The position numbers and the translations under genes are program-made. From Alkalispirochaeta sp. (GTDB taxonomy: Bacteria; Spirochaetota; Spirochaetia; DSM-27196; Alkalispirochaetaceae): a DNA stretch of 64,000 bases. Positions 54,843 to 64,000 of this stretch are shown here, one piece after another. The stretch lies in NCBI GenBank assembly GCA_965242725.1, contig CBDESZ010000025.1, forward strand, positions 320,001 to 384,000. Reading direction: 5' to 3'. Under the pieces are notes generated by a model, which made no database searches, had not been told where the DNA came from, and saw nothing but the letters and a program-made list of their open reading frames with translations. The stretch's first letter is position 1; each line of letters starts with the position of its first letter.

Positions 54843-55648
54843 TGATACTCGAAAGGATCGCCGTTGCAGCACCACTGTTCTTCCTCATCTTTGTTCGTAT
54901 TTACGCGCTGGTGCGTGTGTCGCCGATCACCTCATCCGCCGCGATTCCGGGAATTGCCCGGGTGGGGATAACCTTTTTTACGGGATTTGCAGTCTTTCCC
55001 TCCGTCCTGGCGTCTGGATATGTCATTCCACAAAGCGTCATGGGGTTTGTTCTTCTTGCCGTCGGGGAGGCACTTATCGGCATCATTACGGCGCTCTTCC
55101 TGGTCGTTATGTTTGCGGTCTTCCAGCTGGCGGGGCAGTTTTTCTCTCTCCAGATGGGATTTGGAGCTTCTCAGGTTTTTGATCCCCTTGCCCAGATCGA
55201 AATCCCCCTGGTGGGTCAATTCCTCAATATGGTCGCCATGATGGTATTCGTCATTTCATCGGGTCTGCAGCGGATATTTCTCTATGGAGTTCTCGGGTCC
55301 TTTTCAGCGATGCGGGCTGTGGATATTGCGGCCGCCAGAGGGGACCTCTTTTCCCTCGTGGCGTCCAGCCTGGGAGGACTCTTCCAGCAGAGCCTCGTCC
55401 TTGCCTTTCCGATTCTCGGAACCCTCTTTCTTCTGCAGATCACCATGGGGCTTTTCGGAAAAGCGGCGCCGCAAATGAATCTCCTCATGCTCGGCTTTCC
55501 CGCGGCGATCGGGCTGGCATTTCTGATCATCTTTCTTATCCTCCCCTTTCTCGTGGAGGCTTTTGACGGGATCATCGACAACGCGTTTTATCAAATACAG
55601 CTCATGTTTTCCAGGCAGTACGGCGTAACGCCGGGAGGAGCGTCATGA
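54842..55648 (+). CDS. fliR: export gate protein FliR
   Basis: AGQFFSLQMGF, KAAPQMNL. Confidence 0.94.
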   Translation: MILERIAVAAPLFFLIFVRIYALVRVSPITSSAAIPGIARVGITFFTGFAVFPSVLASGYVIPQSVMGFVLLAVGEALIGIITALFLVVMFAVFQLAGQFFSLQMGFGASQVFDPLAQIEIPLVGQFLNMVAMMVFVISSGLQRIFLYGVLGSFSAMRAVDIAAARGDLFSLVASSLGGLFQQSLVLAFPILGTLFLLQITMGLFGKAAPQMNLLMLGFPAAIGLAFLIIFLILPFLVEAFDGIIDNAFYQIQLMFSRQYGVTPGGAS

Positions 55649-56790
55649 ACGACGATTTCATGCGATCCCGCTCCGCCCTCGCCGCACAGCTTGCGGGTAT
55701 GCACGCCCAGTGGTTTGCCGCCGAAGACGAAGGACGCACGGAAGACCCGACGGAACAGAAGATTCGCAAGTCCCGGGAAGAGGGAAAGGTCGCGAAGAGT
55801 CCCGACGTAAGCAGCGCCGTGGTGCTCCTCTTCTCCGTCGTTGCCCTGGGAATACTCGGCGAGTTCATGCTGTCCAACATCCTGGACATGGTTCGGTACT
55901 ATCTGTCCCGCGTCGCCGACGCGGATCCCGTGTCGGGAAGTATCCTTATGCGGGCGTTCTTTCACTATTTTGTCCGTATCAGTCTGCCGATTGCGCTTGT
56001 CGCCTTTGTCGCGGCCATTGTGGGAAATGTCGTCCAGTTTGGATTTCTCTTTACAACGAAGCCGATCACTCCTGACTTCAATCGCATCGCCCCGCGCTTC
56101 GACAAGTGGATCCAGCGTTCGTTCCTCTCGACGGAAGCGATCTACAACTTCATGCGCAGCCTCGGGAAGGTCATCCTGATCGGCACGATTTCATACACAG
56201 TCATACGGACGAGGTTTGACCGCCTGGCAAATCTCATTCGTGCACCCTATCGATACGCATTCTCCTTTATCGCTGAAACGGTTTTTCTCCTGCTCCTTGC
56301 CGCGTCGATCGTGCTCTTGGTAATCAGTCTCTTTGACTATCTCTTTCAGCGCCATCAACACAGGGAACAGCTGAAAATGACGAAGCAGGAAGTAAAAGAG
56401 GAGCGCAAGCAGTTTGAGGGAGATCCGATGATCCGGAACCGGCTTCGTCGGAGAATGCAGGAAATGCTTACGCGAAATGTGGCGGAGCAGGTTCGGTCGG
56501 CGGACGTTGTGGTGACCAACCCGACGCACTTTGCCGTTGCCCTCCAGTATGATGCCCAGTCGATGAGCGCGCCGACGGTCGTTGCCAAGGGTCAGGACGA
56601 GGCGGCGCTGCGGATTCGGCGTATTGCAGCGGAGGCGGAGGTTCCGGTGATTGAAAACAAACCCCTCGCTCGGGCGATATATGCCGAGGTCGAAGTGGGC
56701 GATCAGATTCCTGAAAAATTCTATGAAGCGATGGTGATTGTGCTCCGGGAAGTGTATCGCATGAAAGGAAAGAAGGTAGTCTATGGCTGA
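55645..56790 (+). CDS. flhB: export switch protein FlhB
   Basis: RTEDPT, KMTKQEVKEE, TNPTH autocleavage motif. Confidence 0.96.
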   Translation: MNDDFMRSRSALAAQLAGMHAQWFAAEDEGRTEDPTEQKIRKSREEGKVAKSPDVSSAVVLLFSVVALGILGEFMLSNILDMVRYYLSRVADADPVSGSILMRAFFHYFVRISLPIALVAFVAAIVGNVVQFGFLFTTKPITPDFNRIAPRFDKWIQRSFLSTEAIYNFMRSLGKVILIGTISYTVIRTRFDRLANLIRAPYRYAFSFIAETVFLLLLAASIVLLVISLFDYLFQRHQHREQLKMTKQEVKEERKQFEGDPMIRNRLRRRMQEMLTRNVAEQVRSADVVVTNPTHFAVALQYDAQSMSAPTVVAKGQDEAALRIRRIAAEAEVPVIENKPLARAIYAEVEVGDQIPEKFYEAMVIVLREVYRMKGKKVVYG

Positions 56791-58903
56791 TACGGGACAA
56801 ACGACAAACGCTCCCGGCTTTTTTGGAGGCCTCCTGGCGAGCGGCAGGAGTGACGCAATCGTCGCAATAGGTGTGATCGTCGTGGTAATGATGCTTATCA
56901 TTCCCCTTCCCACCGTCCTGCTTGATACCCTGATGGCGACCAATCTGCTGTTGAGCCTCCTGACGATCCTTATCGTGCTGTATACAAAAAACGCCCTTGA
57001 ATTCTCGGTGTTTCCGACGTTGTTGCTGGTCACGACCGTCTTTGGCCTTGCCCTGAACGTCTCGTCGACGCGGCTTATTCTCAGTCAGGGCTCCGCGTTC
57101 GGCGGCCAGATTGTCCGTGCTTTCGCCCGGTTTGTGGTGGGTACGGAAGGAACCGAGGGACTCGTCATCGGGTTGATCATATTCGTCATACTCGTGGCGG
57201 TTCAGTTCATCGTCATTACCAAGGGAGCGACCAGAGTTGCCGAGGTGGCAGCGCGATTCACCCTGGACGCTCTTCCGGGAAAACAGATGGCCATTGAGGC
57301 CGAATACAACAGCGGTACCCTCACGGAAGAGGAAATGACCCGTAAGAAGATGGAGCTGGAACGGGAAGTCGACTTTTACGGAGCCATGGACGGTGCGAGC
57401 AAGTTCGTCTCCGGTAACGTCAAGGTCGGTATTCTCATTACCGTGGTGAATATTATCGGCGGCCTGATCGTGGGTACGACGATTCACGGTGAACCGATCA
57501 ACATGGCGCTGAATACATACGTCTCCCTCACCGTCGGTGACGGTCTGGTGACGCAGTTTCCGGCCCTTCTGATCAGTACCGCAACGGGTCTGATCGTCAC
57601 CCGGGCGATCTCGGACGGTACGTTCGGGGAAGACGTGGCCAGTCAGTTCACCAGGCAATCCCGGATATACTGGATTGCCACCATATTCCTCGGCGGACTC
57701 TCGTTACTGCCGGGTTTCCCCTGGTACGTCCTCGTTCCGATGGCGGGACTCACCGCATTTACCGCCTACCGGCTGCAGCGTCGTGATGCGACCCGGGCCG
57801 CGGTGGAGGCGGAAAAGGCGGCGGAATCCGCTCCGGACCGGAAGCACGCCGAGCCCACCCATGTTGCGCCCCTTGATCCCCTCTCCATGGAGCTGGGATA
57901 CGGGCTGATTCCCCTCGTGGACAAGGAAAAGGGTGCGGAACTGCTCGACAGAATTACGAGTATTCGCCGGGAAACAGCCCTTGAATACGGCCTCGTGGTG
58001 CCGCGAATACGGATCATCGATAACATGCGTCTCGGTCCCAGTGAATACACTCTGAAAATCCGCGGCGTCGAAGTGGGACGCGGTGCGATACGCATGGGCC
58101 AGTATATGTGCATAAACCCCGGCGGGGCTCGTGAGGATATTCCCGGTGAAGAGACCACGGACCCGGCCTTTGGTCTGCCGGCACGGTGGATATCCGACGA
58201 CCTCCGGGAGCGGGCGGAACGTGCAGGGTATACAGTCGTTGACCCGCCGTCGATTATCGCCACCCACCTGACGGAAGTCATTAAACGCCACGCGTCGGAT
58301 CTTCTGGGACGGCAGGAGATGCGTCAAATGCTGGATCAGCTCAAACAGGACTACCCCGCCGTCGTTGACGAGGTAAACGGCGCCCTCAACCTCGGGCAGA
58401 TTCAGAAAGTCTTTCAGGGATTGCTTGAAGAACATGTATCCATACGTAACCAGGTTGCAATTCTTGAGGCGTTGGCGGATTATGCCGGTGTCAGCAAGGA
58501 GCCGGGATTTCTGATTGAGAAGGCGCGGCAGGCGTTGGGACGACAGATATGTCTCCAGTACGCCGATGCAGATCGGACGATTCGCGTCGTGACGGTGGAA
58601 CCTGCGCTTGAACAGAAAATTGTGGAAAGCCGCGTCGAGACGGCGTCGGGGGCGATAAGTGCGTTACCGCCGGCGGAGCGGCGCCGGTGGATAGAAAGCG
58701 TATCGACCCAAATGCGCTCAATGCAGGAGCAGGGATTTCTTCCGATAATCCTCTCCTCCGAAGCGGCACGGGCGCTTATAAAACAGAGCATACGACGGGA
58801 ACTACCCGATGTGACGGTCCTCTCCATACCGGAAATAGTATCTGATGTGCGAGTTGAGTCTGTTGGAGAGATTTCATTTGAAAAAACGAACGGGGGCACG
58901 TGA
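56783..58903 (+). CDS. flhA: export apparatus protein FlhA
   Basis: RVAEVAARFTLDALPGKQMAI, FYGAMDGASKFV. Confidence 0.97.
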   Translation: MADTGQTTNAPGFFGGLLASGRSDAIVAIGVIVVVMMLIIPLPTVLLDTLMATNLLLSLLTILIVLYTKNALEFSVFPTLLLVTTVFGLALNVSSTRLILSQGSAFGGQIVRAFARFVVGTEGTEGLVIGLIIFVILVAVQFIVITKGATRVAEVAARFTLDALPGKQMAIEAEYNSGTLTEEEMTRKKMELEREVDFYGAMDGASKFVSGNVKVGILITVVNIIGGLIVGTTIHGEPINMALNTYVSLTVGDGLVTQFPALLISTATGLIVTRAISDGTFGEDVASQFTRQSRIYWIATIFLGGLSLLPGFPWYVLVPMAGLTAFTAYRLQRRDATRAAVEAEKAAESAPDRKHAEPTHVAPLDPLSMELGYGLIPLVDKEKGAELLDRITSIRRETALEYGLVVPRIRIIDNMRLGPSEYTLKIRGVEVGRGAIRMGQYMCINPGGAREDIPGEETTDPAFGLPARWISDDLRERAERAGYTVVDPPSIIATHLTEVIKRHASDLLGRQEMRQMLDQLKQDYPAVVDEVNGALNLGQIQKVFQGLLEEHVSIRNQVAILEALADYAGVSKEPGFLIEKARQALGRQICLQYADADRTIRVVTVEPALEQKIVESRVETASGAISALPPAERRRWIESVSTQMRSMQEQGFLPIILSSEAARALIKQSIRRELPDVTVLSIPEIVSDVRVESVGEISFEKTNGGT

Positions 58904-60174
58904 TGGACTATTTTGTGGAGCAAGCTCCAAACGACTATGAGGTACAGGCGCTCATACGAAAGAAATACGGCGACAGGGCGCGCATTCTCGCCCGCAAGGA
59001 GATCCGTACCGGCGGATTTCTTGGCCTCTTCAGACGTCGGGCGGTAGAGGTCACCGGCTACTGCACCCACGCACCGCAACCACGGACGGCGACGGTACGG
59101 GGCACCGCGCTGGATGAGCGAAAAAAGATACTTGCCGCGGCGTTGGGATCGGCACAGGAGGGCGCCGCCCCCACGGCCAATGGTCAGTCCGTTGTAAGGG
59201 ATGAGAATAGACGGCCCGCCTCCACAGCGATGCACGCTGGAACGTCCGTCTCGACACCGGAAAATGGAAACTTTGCGGAGGTTCTCTCGGAGATACGGTC
59301 AATAAAAGCCCAACTGTCCCGGCCCGGGGAGGCGGGCAAGGCGGGCGCCGATCCCGAGGGAGTATCCCGCATTGCCGAGGTGCTGGAAGAGAACGATTTT
59401 TCGAGATCATTTATCGAGGAAACGGTGGCCTCCCTCAAGAAAGAGTGCAGTTACGACGACCTGTCGGACTTTGATTTTGTCGCGGAAAAGACGGTACAGC
59501 GAATTACCGACGCCGTCTCAATCTATCCGTGGCAGGAGCGTCGTCGCACCCCGCACGTCTTCGTCCTTGTCGGACCGACGGGAGTGGGAAAGACGACAAC
59601 CATTGCCAAGCTTGCCGCCATGTACGGCGCCGTTGCAGACCCGTCCTATGATGTCCGGATCCTTACAATCGACAGCTACCGCATCGGGGCGCTACAACAG
59701 ATTGAGAAGTACGGTGAAATAATGAACATACCCGTCCATTCCGTTGAGACCGTGGACGAAATGGAAAAGCAGCTTGCCCTCAACGGGGATGCCGATTTCA
59801 TATTCATCGATACCATAGGAAAGAGTCCCAACGATTTTGCAAAACTTGCGGAGGTGAACAAGCTGGTCCGCTCCGCGGGGGGGGAAGTCCATCTGGCCGT
59901 TAGTGCCACGACGAAAAGAACCGATATTCTCGACATCCTGCGCCATTTTGAACCCTTTCACTACCAGGCGGTAGTGGTAACCAAGCTCGATGAGACCTCC
60001 ACTGTCGGAGGGATTATCAGTGCATTGAAAGAAAAGCAAAAGTCGGTGAGCTTCATTACCGATGGTCAAAGTGTACCGCAGGATATTGAGAGGGCTCGAC
60101 ACAATACCTTTCTCAGACGGCTCCGAGAACTCCCGGTGGAACGACGAGAGCCTGAACCTGTTCACAAGGAGTAG
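58900..60174 (+). CDS. flhF: SRP-family GTPase FlhF
   Basis: [27 protein letters not shown]. Confidence 0.94.
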   Translation: MMDYFVEQAPNDYEVQALIRKKYGDRARILARKEIRTGGFLGLFRRRAVEVTGYCTHAPQPRTATVRGTALDERKKILAAALGSAQEGAAPTANGQSVVRDENRRPASTAMHAGTSVSTPENGNFAEVLSEIRSIKAQLSRPGEAGKAGADPEGVSRIAEVLEENDFSRSFIEETVASLKKECSYDDLSDFDFVAEKTVQRITDAVSIYPWQERRRTPHVFVLVGPTGVGKTTTIAKLAAMYGAVADPSYDVRILTIDSYRIGALQQIEKYGEIMNIPVHSVETVDEMEKQLALNGDADFIFIDTIGKSPNDFAKLAEVNKLVRSAGGEVHLAVSATTKRTDILDILRHFEPFHYQAVVVTKLDETSTVGGIISALKEKQKSVSFITDGQSVPQDIERARHNTFLRRLRELPVERREPEPVHKE

Positions 60175-60177
60175 ACA

Positions 60178-61047
60178 ATGACTGATCAGGCGGAAACATT
60201 GCGTGAAATCATGCGTCACCGTGGTGATACGGACCGGCCGGAGTCGCGGACGAGAATCATCACCGTCGCCAGCGGAAAGGGCGGCGTCGGCAAGACGAAC
60301 ATCGCCACCAATCTGGCGTTGAGTTACGCTGCGATGGGTAAAAAAGTGATCCTCATGGACGCGGACCTGGGACTTGCCAACGTCAACGTCGTTCTCGGGG
60401 TCATTCCGAAATACAACCTCTATCACGTGATTCGCAAGCAGAAACAGATGAGCGACATCATCATGGATACCGACTACGGCATACAGATCGTCGCCGGTGC
60501 GTCCGGTTTCGCGAAAATCGCGAACCTCACGGAAGAGGAGCGCCAGGATTTCATCGAGGAACTTCAGCATATCGGTCAGGCGGATATCGTCATTATCGAT
60601 GCGGGTGCGGGAGTCAGCAACAACGTCATAGCGTTCGTTGCCGCCGCCGATGAGGCGATCATCGTCACGACACCGGAACCGACTGCAATTACCGACGCCT
60701 ACGGCATCATCAAGATCATCGCCACCGAAATCGACAATCTGAACCTTGGTCTGAAACTCATCGTTAACCGCGTGAAATCGGTGACCGAAGGAAAAAAGGT
60801 CGCCGAACGGGTCATCAATATCGCGGGACAGTTTCTCAACCTGAAAATAGACTATCTCGGATACGTCTATGATGATTCTTCGGTACAGCAGGGTGTGTTA
60901 AAACAGAAACCATTTGTCGTGCTTGACCCGAAAGGCAAGGCGAGTATTTGTGTGCAGCAGATTGCGGGACGCCTTGAACGGGTGGATTACCGGGAAGGAG
61001 GAGGAGTAGGGCAGTTTCTGAAACGTCTCTTCGGGAAACTTCAGTAA
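60178..61047 (+). CDS. flhG: MinD-like ATPase FlhG
   Basis: DQAETLR, SGKGGVGKT, DADLGLAN, TTPEPTAITDAY. Confidence 0.94.
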   Translation: MTDQAETLREIMRHRGDTDRPESRTRIITVASGKGGVGKTNIATNLALSYAAMGKKVILMDADLGLANVNVVLGVIPKYNLYHVIRKQKQMSDIIMDTDYGIQIVAGASGFAKIANLTEEERQDFIEELQHIGQADIVIIDAGAGVSNNVIAFVAAADEAIIVTTPEPTAITDAYGIIKIIATEIDNLNLGLKLIVNRVKSVTEGKKVAERVINIAGQFLNLKIDYLGYVYDDSSVQQGVLKQKPFVVLDPKGKASICVQQIAGRLERVDYREGGGVGQFLKRLFGKLQ

Positions 61048-61091
61048 CTTGACGACGATTTTCGATATACCTTACTCTTTAATGTGAATTG

Positions 61092-61865
61092 ATGGAACGT
61101 TATACGCGTATTGCGGTTCCCGGAGCCGTCGTTGGATTGGTGTTATCAATACTCGTCGCGCTGATTGCGGGAGTACCTTTTGGTGTTCTCATCCTCCGCG
61201 GGCTGCTGAGCGGCGTCGTTCTGGGAGTTGGCAGCGTGGGCGTGTATGTCGTCGCGGAGCGGCTGTTACCCGGCCTCTTTGACGGAGAATCGGCAATTGA
61301 AGGTTCTGATACTTTGGATTCCCGTTCAGACTTGCATGAAGAAGAAGGGGATGAGAGACAAAATCGTCGAGTTGATATCGTGCTTGAAGACGAAGAGGAT
61401 GACCGGGAGCCGTCGCGGCGGGCTGAAAAGCCGGAGGCGGCCGAATTCGACGACGGGGATGCTTCGGATTTTCGTGATGCCCCGGGCGACGCCGGGTCCG
61501 GTGTATCGGACCGCGGCTACGATGACGATGAACTGGTGGACGAAGTTGAGGAACAGGGCGGCGGCAGCGCCCGGGAATTGACCCATCAGGCGGAAGAAGA
61601 GCGGAAATATGGCGGCGGCATCGAAATCGATGACGCCGTGCTGGACGAAATGCCGGACATCGGCGCGTTTTCCAGCACTTTTTCGACGTCACAGGATGGT
61701 GAAGACGATCTGCCCGGAAGCGGCAGTCTCGACGGATTTGAAAGTTCCGGAGGCGGCGGCGAGAGCCGCTCTCTTTCATCCCGTGCGAGCGGTATGGCCG
61801 GAAACGATCCGGCGACCATCGCAAAAGCGTTGAAAACGATGTTGAGCCGTGACGAGAAAGAATAG
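61092..61865 (+). CDS. two-TM protein with acidic disordered tail, FlgV-like by position and architecture
   Basis: N-terminal TM hairpin, D/E-rich middle, helical end DPATIAKALKTML; between flhG and fliA. Confidence 0.6.
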   Translation: MERYTRIAVPGAVVGLVLSILVALIAGVPFGVLILRGLLSGVVLGVGSVGVYVVAERLLPGLFDGESAIEGSDTLDSRSDLHEEEGDERQNRRVDIVLEDEEDDREPSRRAEKPEAAEFDDGDASDFRDAPGDAGSGVSDRGYDDDELVDEVEEQGGGSARELTHQAEEERKYGGGIEIDDAVLDEMPDIGAFSSTFSTSQDGEDDLPGSGSLDGFESSGGGGESRSLSSRASGMAGNDPATIAKALKTMLSRDEKE

Positions 61866-61896
61866 TACGCTACACTGAAGATAACTGGGGAGGGGA

Positions 61897-62685
61897 ATGA
61901 GCGACAGTGTACTGACGGAAAAGACAGAAGAAGAACTCTGGCGACTTTACCGTAAGACAAAAGACGAGGCGATCAGAAACCGCCTCATTAAACAGTATCT
62001 CCCCCTGGTCAAGTATGTCGCCGGCAAGCTCGCCGTTGGTATGCCCCAGAATGTGGAGTTTGACGACCTTGTCAGTTACGGCGTCATCGGTCTTTTCGAT
62101 GCCATTGAAAAATTCGACCCCGGTAAGCACGTCAAGTTCAAGACCTACGCGGTGACCCGCGTGCGGGGTTCCATATTCGACCAGTTGCGACAACTCGACT
62201 GGGTGCCCCGTTCGGTACGTCAGAAGACGAGGGAACTTGAAGAAACGGTCCGGCGCCTTGAGGCGCAACTCGGTAGAGCGGCGACGGATCAGGAAATCGC
62301 GAAGGAACTGGGGATAACCGAAGCGGAGTTTGAGAAGCTCGTCCTCAAGATCAGCGGAACTACCGTTCTCTCCCTCAACGACGTATGGTACTCCGGTGAA
62401 GACAACGATCGAATGTCCATCGGAGACAGTATCGAGAGTCCTCAGAGCCGGAATCCCGACTCGATCGTCGAGAAAGAGGAAATGAAGCGGGTCATCGTCG
62501 AAGCGATCGGTGACCTCCCCGACAAGGAGAAGAAGGTCCTTGTCCTCTACTACTATGAAAACCTCACGTTGAAGGAAATCGGCGCAGTGCTGGGAGTGAC
62601 GGAATCGCGGATTTCCCAGCTTCACACAAAGGCGATCGTACGTCTGCGCGGTCGCCTGACAAGCGTCAAGCGGGGTATTATGTAA
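61897..62685 (+). CDS. fliA: RNA polymerase sigma-28 factor (FliA/WhiG)
   Basis: [44 protein letters not shown]. Confidence 0.95.
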   Translation: MSDSVLTEKTEEELWRLYRKTKDEAIRNRLIKQYLPLVKYVAGKLAVGMPQNVEFDDLVSYGVIGLFDAIEKFDPGKHVKFKTYAVTRVRGSIFDQLRQLDWVPRSVRQKTRELEETVRRLEAQLGRAATDQEIAKELGITEAEFEKLVLKISGTTVLSLNDVWYSGEDNDRMSIGDSIESPQSRNPDSIVEKEEMKRVIVEAIGDLPDKEKKVLVLYYYENLTLKEIGAVLGVTESRISQLHTKAIVRLRGRLTSVKRGIM

Positions 62686-62686
62686 T

Positions 62687-64000
62687 ATGGTTTCGATGGA
62701 GCAACTCCAGGGGTATATGAAGAAAGCGGCGCGGGCGGACAATGAGAAGAAATTTGTAAACGCCAGCGGGAATACCCTCGATGATGCGCTCCGTGAAGCC
62801 TCCGTGGAATTGGGCCTGGCCGTCAAGAAAATAGAATACGAAATTCTTGAAAAAGGATCGCCCGGATTTCTCGGCATAGGAAAACGTCCCTACCTGATCG
62901 TTGCCTATCCCCTCCAGGCGCAGCCGACCCTCGCCGGCAGTGATGATGTTGAAGATATGGACTTCGGTTTTGAACCCTCCGAATCAGACGATCGTGACGG
63001 AGAGGCGATCGTACGTCTCACGCCGGAAGGGGTTATGCTGAAGATCACGCCTCCCAGAGGGGATGGTGAAGCGCTCACGGAGCGAGAGGCGATTCAGGCG
63101 ATCGCCCACAGGACCAATGAAAAGATCGACGCCTCCATGGTCTCCAAGGCGGTCAAGCGTGCCGACGCCGTCTGGGTCAAGGTAGGGGAGTACGACTACA
63201 ACCCCGCCAACGACGCCTTTGTTTCCTGTGAAATCGTCGAGAACGAAATGAAGGCGGTGGTGACACTCAGTCAGCCCGGTGAAGGCGGGTGTGACCCGAC
63301 GGCGGATACGATCCGAACCGCCCTGGAAAACTCCGGTGTGGTTCACGGCATCATAGAAGACGTTCTCGCCTCCCTTGAGGACCATCCCGTATACCGTGAA
63401 CCAATGGTTGTCGCCGAGGGAACCAAACCGATAAACGGCAATGATGCCCGGATCGTATATAACTTCAACACCGATACGAAACACGTCCATATCGAGGAGT
63501 CCAAGGAAGGAAAGGTGGACTTCCGCGAACTGAATCGCATTGAAAACGTGGTTGAGGGACAGGTTCTCGCCCGGAAAGTCATGCCTGAGGAAGGTACTCC
63601 CGGACAGACGGTGACGGGCCGTCTCATACCGGCCAAGGACGGGAAGGATATCGAGCCTCCCGTCGGACCCAATACGCGTCTTTCCGACGACGGCCGCAGT
63701 ATCATGGCTGAAATTAACGGTCTCGTGAAACTGGTGAACGGAAAGGTAACCGTAGAAAAGATTTACGTTGTCGAAGGCGACGTAAACATGAAGGAAGGGA
63801 ACATTCGGTTTCTCGGCACCGTCATTATCAAGGGAAATGTGGATGACGGTTTCGGTGTCAACGCTGCGGGGGATATCGAGGTCATGGGAAGTGTCGGCCG
63901 CAGCAATATGGAGGCCGAGGGCGATATCATCGTCCATCAGGGTATTGCCGGCAAGGGCGATGCTGCCGTGAAAGCGGGTGGTTCAATCTGGTCCAAGTTC
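62687..64000 (+). CDS. FapA/DUF342 family protein with N-terminal Jag_N-like domain, 3'-truncated
   Basis: ATG 62687, no stop seen to the window end; GNTLDDALREASVELG...YEILEKGSPGFLGIGK (Jag_N), VDFRELNRIENVVEGQVLA, GNIRFLGTVIIKGNV (DUF342). Missing from the supplied ORF track because it has no stop. Confidence 0.85.
   Translation, partial: MVSMEQLQGYMKKAARADNEKKFVNASGNTLDDALREASVELGLAVKKIEYEILEKGSPGFLGIGKRPYLIVAYPLQAQPTLAGSDDVEDMDFGFEPSESDDRDGEAIVRLTPEGVMLKITPPRGDGEALTEREAIQAIAHRTNEKIDASMVSKAVKRADAVWVKVGEYDYNPANDAFVSCEIVENEMKAVVTLSQPGEGGCDPTADTIRTALENSGVVHGIIEDVLASLEDHPVYREPMVVAEGTKPINGNDARIVYNFNTDTKHVHIEESKEGKVDFRELNRIENVVEGQVLARKVMPEEGTPGQTVTGRLIPAKDGKDIEPPVGPNTRLSDDGRSIMAEINGLVKLVNGKVTVEKIYVVEGDVNMKEGNIRFLGTVIIKGNVDDGFGVNAAGDIEVMGSVGRSNMEAEGDIIVHQGIAGKGDAAVKAGGSIWSKF

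Overview
GC-rich chromosomal core region of a spirochaete. The 16S 5' signature, the collar gene flbB and the Treponema/Borrelia-like gene order point to Spirochaetaceae, and many proteins are acidic. Left part (1-7.2 kb): 3' end of a beta-carotene hydroxylase (crtZ), a DUF4395-type membrane protein, metZ, fabH, a hemolysin III-family gene, upp, a TPR lipoprotein and adk; several of these genes look leaderless. Next is a complete rrn operon (16S, tRNA-Ile, 23S, 5S), followed by about 400 bp of nested GC-rich hairpins that repeat the 5S 3' end twice more. Then cheW, a DegT-like gene, nadK, recN, hypotheticals, DUF4912 and a GH57 branching enzyme. The remaining ~41 kb is one co-directional run: reduced dcw cluster (mraZ to ftsZ), xerD-TPR-dprA-xerC-hslVU, and the flagellar cluster flgB to fliA plus FapA (truncated by the window end). 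I found no IS, prophage, CRISPR array or defence island, and no clearly novel multi-gene system. The best leads are a C7-tract frameshift in motB, the structured 5S-trailer element, the Ser-type FlgE cross-link site, the leaderless genes plus a mini-uORF, and several apparent pseudo-enzymes. All calls come from motif recognition by eye; no searches were run.
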